This document shows, piece after piece, positions 29,585 to 32,000 of a DNA stretch of 32,000 nucleotides; the stretch's first letter is position 1; the number at the start of each line of letters is the position of its first letter. The stretch comes from Pseudomonas aeruginosa. GTDB lineage: Bacteria > Pseudomonadota > Gammaproteobacteria > Pseudomonadales > Pseudomonadaceae. Made by a program: the position numbers and the translations under genes. The notes under the pieces were generated by a model. That model had not been told where the DNA came from, did no database searches, and saw only the letters and a program-made list of their open reading frames with translations. The stretch spans positions 2,010,001 to 2,042,000 of the forward strand of contig NZ_LN831024.1 in NCBI RefSeq assembly GCF_001457615.1. Direction: 5' to 3'.

Positions 29585-30603
29585 GGTTGCCTCCCGGAAC
29601 GGCGGCGCGGCCAGGTCCGGTTTTCCCGTGGCCAGAGTTCCAGCGCCACCAGCAGCACACTCAGGCCGAGGGCGGCGGCCAGCGGCCAACTGTACAGCGC
29701 CAGGGCCGGGCGCGCCCGGGTAGTCTGCTGGGCGACCGGTTCGAGGCGGTCGAGGGTCGCGGAAATGCTTTCCAGCTCGGCGCTGGATCGCGCGCGGAAG
29801 TATTCGCCGCCAGTGCTCTCGGCGATACCGCGCAGGGTCGGCTCGTCGAGATCGAGCCCCGGGTTGAAGCCGAACAGGCCGGGCACGCCGCCTTGCTGCG
29901 GGTCGGCGCCGATGCCGATGGTGTAGATCTTCACCTGTTGCTCGGCGGCCAGTTGCGCGGCGATCTGCGGGGCTATCTGTCCGCCGGTGTTGGCGCCGTC
30001 GGTGATCAGCACCAGCACCCGGCTTTCCGCAGGCCGCTGGCGCAGGCGCTTGACCGCCAGGCCGATGGCGTCGCCGATCGCGGTGTTCTTGCCGGCGATG
30101 CCGATCTGTGCCTCGTCCAGCCAGACCCGCACGGTGTGCCGGTCGAAGGTCAGCGGCGCCTGCAGGTAGGCCTGGCTGCCGAACAGGATCAGGCCGACGC
30201 GGTCGCCACGACGGTCTTCGATGAAGTCGCCGAAGAGTTTCTTGATCAGTTCCAGGCGGCTGATCTCGTCTTCCTGCCAGCGCATGTCGCGGTAGTCCAT
30301 GGAGCCGGAGACATCCACCGCGAGCAGCAGGTCGCGGCCGCTGGCGGGTAGCGGCAGGGGGTCGCCGACCCACTGCGGGCGGGCCGCGGCGAGCAGCAGG
30401 AGGAACCAGAGCAGGGCGAAGCGCACCTGCTGCCGCCAGGCCGGCAGGCGTGCGCGGGCACGGCGTCCGGCGAGGCTTTCGAGTTCGTCGAGGAAGCTCA
30501 CCTTGAGCGCCGCCTCGCCGCTGTCGGCGGCCGGCAGCACCAGGCGCAGCAGCCAGGGCAACGGGGCGAAGGCGAAGACCCAGGGCCAGGCGAACTCAAA
30601 CAT
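29581..30603 (-). CDS. vWA-domain membrane protein (BatA), 340 aa
   Basis: MFEFAWPWVFAFAPLPWLLRLVLP, intact MIDAS DVSGSM, GLILFGSQAYLQAPLTFD, C-terminal TM. Confidence 0.92.
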   Translation of the reverse strand: MFEFAWPWVFAFAPLPWLLRLVLPAADSGEAALKVSFLDELESLAGRRARARLPAWRQQVRFALLWFLLLLAAARPQWVGDPLPLPASGRDLLLAVDVSGSMDYRDMRWQEDEISRLELIKKLFGDFIEDRRGDRVGLILFGSQAYLQAPLTFDRHTVRVWLDEAQIGIAGKNTAIGDAIGLAVKRLRQRPAESRVLVLITDGANTGGQIAPQIAAQLAAEQQVKIYTIGIGADPQQGGVPGLFGFNPGLDLDEPTLRGIAESTGGEYFRARSSAELESISATLDRLEPVAQQTTRARPALALYSWPLAAALGLSVLLVALELWPRENRTWPRRRSGRQP

Positions 30604-31090
30604 GCTTGCGAATCCAGGTGGCGACGGCGGCGTCGAGGCCGTCCACGGCCTTGTCGTCGAGGGTGCAGTCGGCGCGGTAGCCGCCTTCCACCAGGATCAT
30701 CCAGCGGGTCAGGCCGGCGGCCGGGCAACGGTTGTCGAGGAACGCCAGCCAGGCGCGGCCGCTGAGGGCGTGGCTGCCGCTATCTGGCCAGCGCGCCCTG
30801 CAGACCCGCTTGAGCAGGCCGTTGATGGCTTGCAGCCAGGGCCCGGCGGAAGCCCTGCCGTAGGGCTTGGCAAGCGCCGCCAGTTCGGCCAGGGCCGCTT
30901 CGCGCAGCGGATCCAGCGGCGCTTCGCCGCGGGTGGCGATGGTGCGCCGCGGCAGGTGCCGGCGCAGTCGCCAGAGCCCCCAGCCGAGCAACGGCAGCAG
31001 GGCGGCCAGCAGCCACCAGCCGGGCGCTGGCGGCCACCAGCCGACGGGCAGGGGAGCGATCAGCGGTTCCAGCCGGTCGAGCGGATTCAT
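30596..31090 (-). CDS. DUF4381-family membrane protein, 164 aa
   Basis: MNPLDRLEPLIAPLPVGWWPPAPGWWLLAALLPLLGWGLWRLRRH, located between the DUF58 and BatA genes. Confidence 0.82.
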   Translation of the reverse strand: MNPLDRLEPLIAPLPVGWWPPAPGWWLLAALLPLLGWGLWRLRRHLPRRTIATRGEAPLDPLREAALAELAALAKPYGRASAGPWLQAINGLLKRVCRARWPDSGSHALSGRAWLAFLDNRCPAAGLTRWMILVEGGYRADCTLDDKAVDGLDAAVATWIRKHV

Positions 31091-32000
31091 GCGCGATACC
31101 CCGGCTGGTGTTGTTCCAGCAGGTCCCGCAACTGCTCCACCAGGTCTTCCTGGGTCGACAGCGGCAGCAGCGGCACGCCCAGTCGCTGGGCCAGCCGCTG
31201 CCAGCGCGCGCGGCGCGCCTCGGCCTGTTCGCGATAGGCCTGGCGCAGCTCGTCGGCGTGGGTGTCCAGTTCGAGGTCGGCGGCGCCTTCGCGGAAGCGC
31301 AGCAGTCCGGCGGCGGGAAGGGCATGGTCGAGCGGGTCGGACAGCGGCAGCAGCACCAGGTCGGTATGGCGTGCGATCAGGCTGAGTTGCTGCTCGGCGA
31401 CGTCATTGAGTGTGCGCTCGTCGCACAGTACCAGGATCAGGCTGCCCGGGCGCAGCACTTCGCGGGCGCGGCGCAGGGCCAGGCCGAACAGTTCGCCAGG
31501 CCGCTCGGCCGGCGTCTCGCGCAGCTCGCGATTGGCCCGCAATAGCTGGTTGAACAGTTGCAGCAGGCTGTGCTTGCTGCGTCGCGGCTTGATTTCGTGG
31601 CAGTCGCGGTCGCTGAATACCAGGCCGCCGATACGGTCATTGTGGGCCAGCGCCGACCAGCCGATGAAGGCCGCCGCGCGTGCCGCCAGCACTGCCTTGA
31701 AGCACAGGCCGGAGCCGAAGAACAGGCGCTGGCTCTGTTCGACCAGGACGAACACCGGTCGCTCGCGTTCCTCGTGGAACAGCTTGGTGTGCGGCTCGCG
31801 GGTGCGCGCGGTGACGCGCCAGTCGATGGTCCGTACGTCGTCGCCGGGCTGGTAGATGCGCACCTGGTCGAAGTCCACGCCGCGTCCGCGCAGGCGCGAG
31901 TGATGCAGGCCGACCAGTGGGCTGCGGCGGTTCTGCGAGGAGAACAGGCGCGCTTCGTGGAGCCGGTGGCGCATTTCCAGAAGCTCGTCGAGGCCCAGTT
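31087..32000 (-). CDS. DUF58-domain protein, 5' end truncated by the window edge
   Basis: GRGVDFDQVRIYQPGDDVRTIDWRVTARTREPHTKLFHEERERPVFVLVEQS is the DUF58 signature. The frame stays open to 32000 (...LGLDELLEMRHRLHEARL), so the track start at 31974 is probably internal. Confidence 0.9.
   Translation of the reverse strand, partial: LGLDELLEMRHRLHEARLFSSQNRRSPLVGLHHSRLRGRGVDFDQVRIYQPGDDVRTIDWRVTARTREPHTKLFHEERERPVFVLVEQSQRLFFGSGLCFKAVLAARAAAFIGWSALAHNDRIGGLVFSDRDCHEIKPRRSKHSLLQLFNQLLRANRELRETPAERPGELFGLALRRAREVLRPGSLILVLCDERTLNDVAEQQLSLIARHTDLVLLPLSDPLDHALPAAGLLRFREGAADLELDTHADELRQAYREQAEARRARWQRLAQRLGVPLLPLSTQEDLVEQLRDLLEQHQPGYRA

Noticed and set aside
27845-29926. 693-aa + strand ORF opposite the BatB/BatC gene
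   Set aside because: Leu/Gln/Val-rich antisense frame with no motif support.

Overview
High-GC window with gene content and order that I recognise from memory as a Pseudomonas aeruginosa core-chromosome segment (PAO1 PA3071-PA3094 neighbourhood). No database was searched. From left to right: three tRNA genes (Val-TAC, then two identical Asp-GTC) and a terminator; an AraC-type regulator translationally coupled to a nitrilase-fold protein that lacks the catalytic Cys; fadH-type 2,4-dienoyl-CoA reductase; an uncharacterised coiled-coil protein plus a PLP enzyme; a DUF1853-like gene; a tightly coupled run of nadK, metallophosphoesterase and rhomboid; a YeaC-like gene coupled to a Cys-rich DUF2797-like gene; pepN; a four-gene putative envelope system (DUF1302-like barrel, DUF1329-like, YCF48-like, MMPL/RND) preceded by a textbook sigma54 -24/-12 element; CprRS-type two-component genes; an alpha/beta hydrolase; and the lower part of a MoxR-associated Bat operon (BatD, BatB/BatC fusion, BatA, DUF4381-like, DUF58). 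I see no mobile element, CRISPR array or obvious defence island. The best candidate for an under-described system is the four-gene envelope cluster at 15.7-23.0 kb. Secondary leads are the Cys-less nitrilase homologue, the GIY-YIG-like and PD-(D/E)XK-like signatures in two DUF proteins, a 28-aa small ORF, and the degenerate MIDAS in the second vWA protein. The supplied ORF track labels 658..1794 as +, but its protein is encoded on the - strand. The very long antisense ORFs look like GC-bias artefacts.
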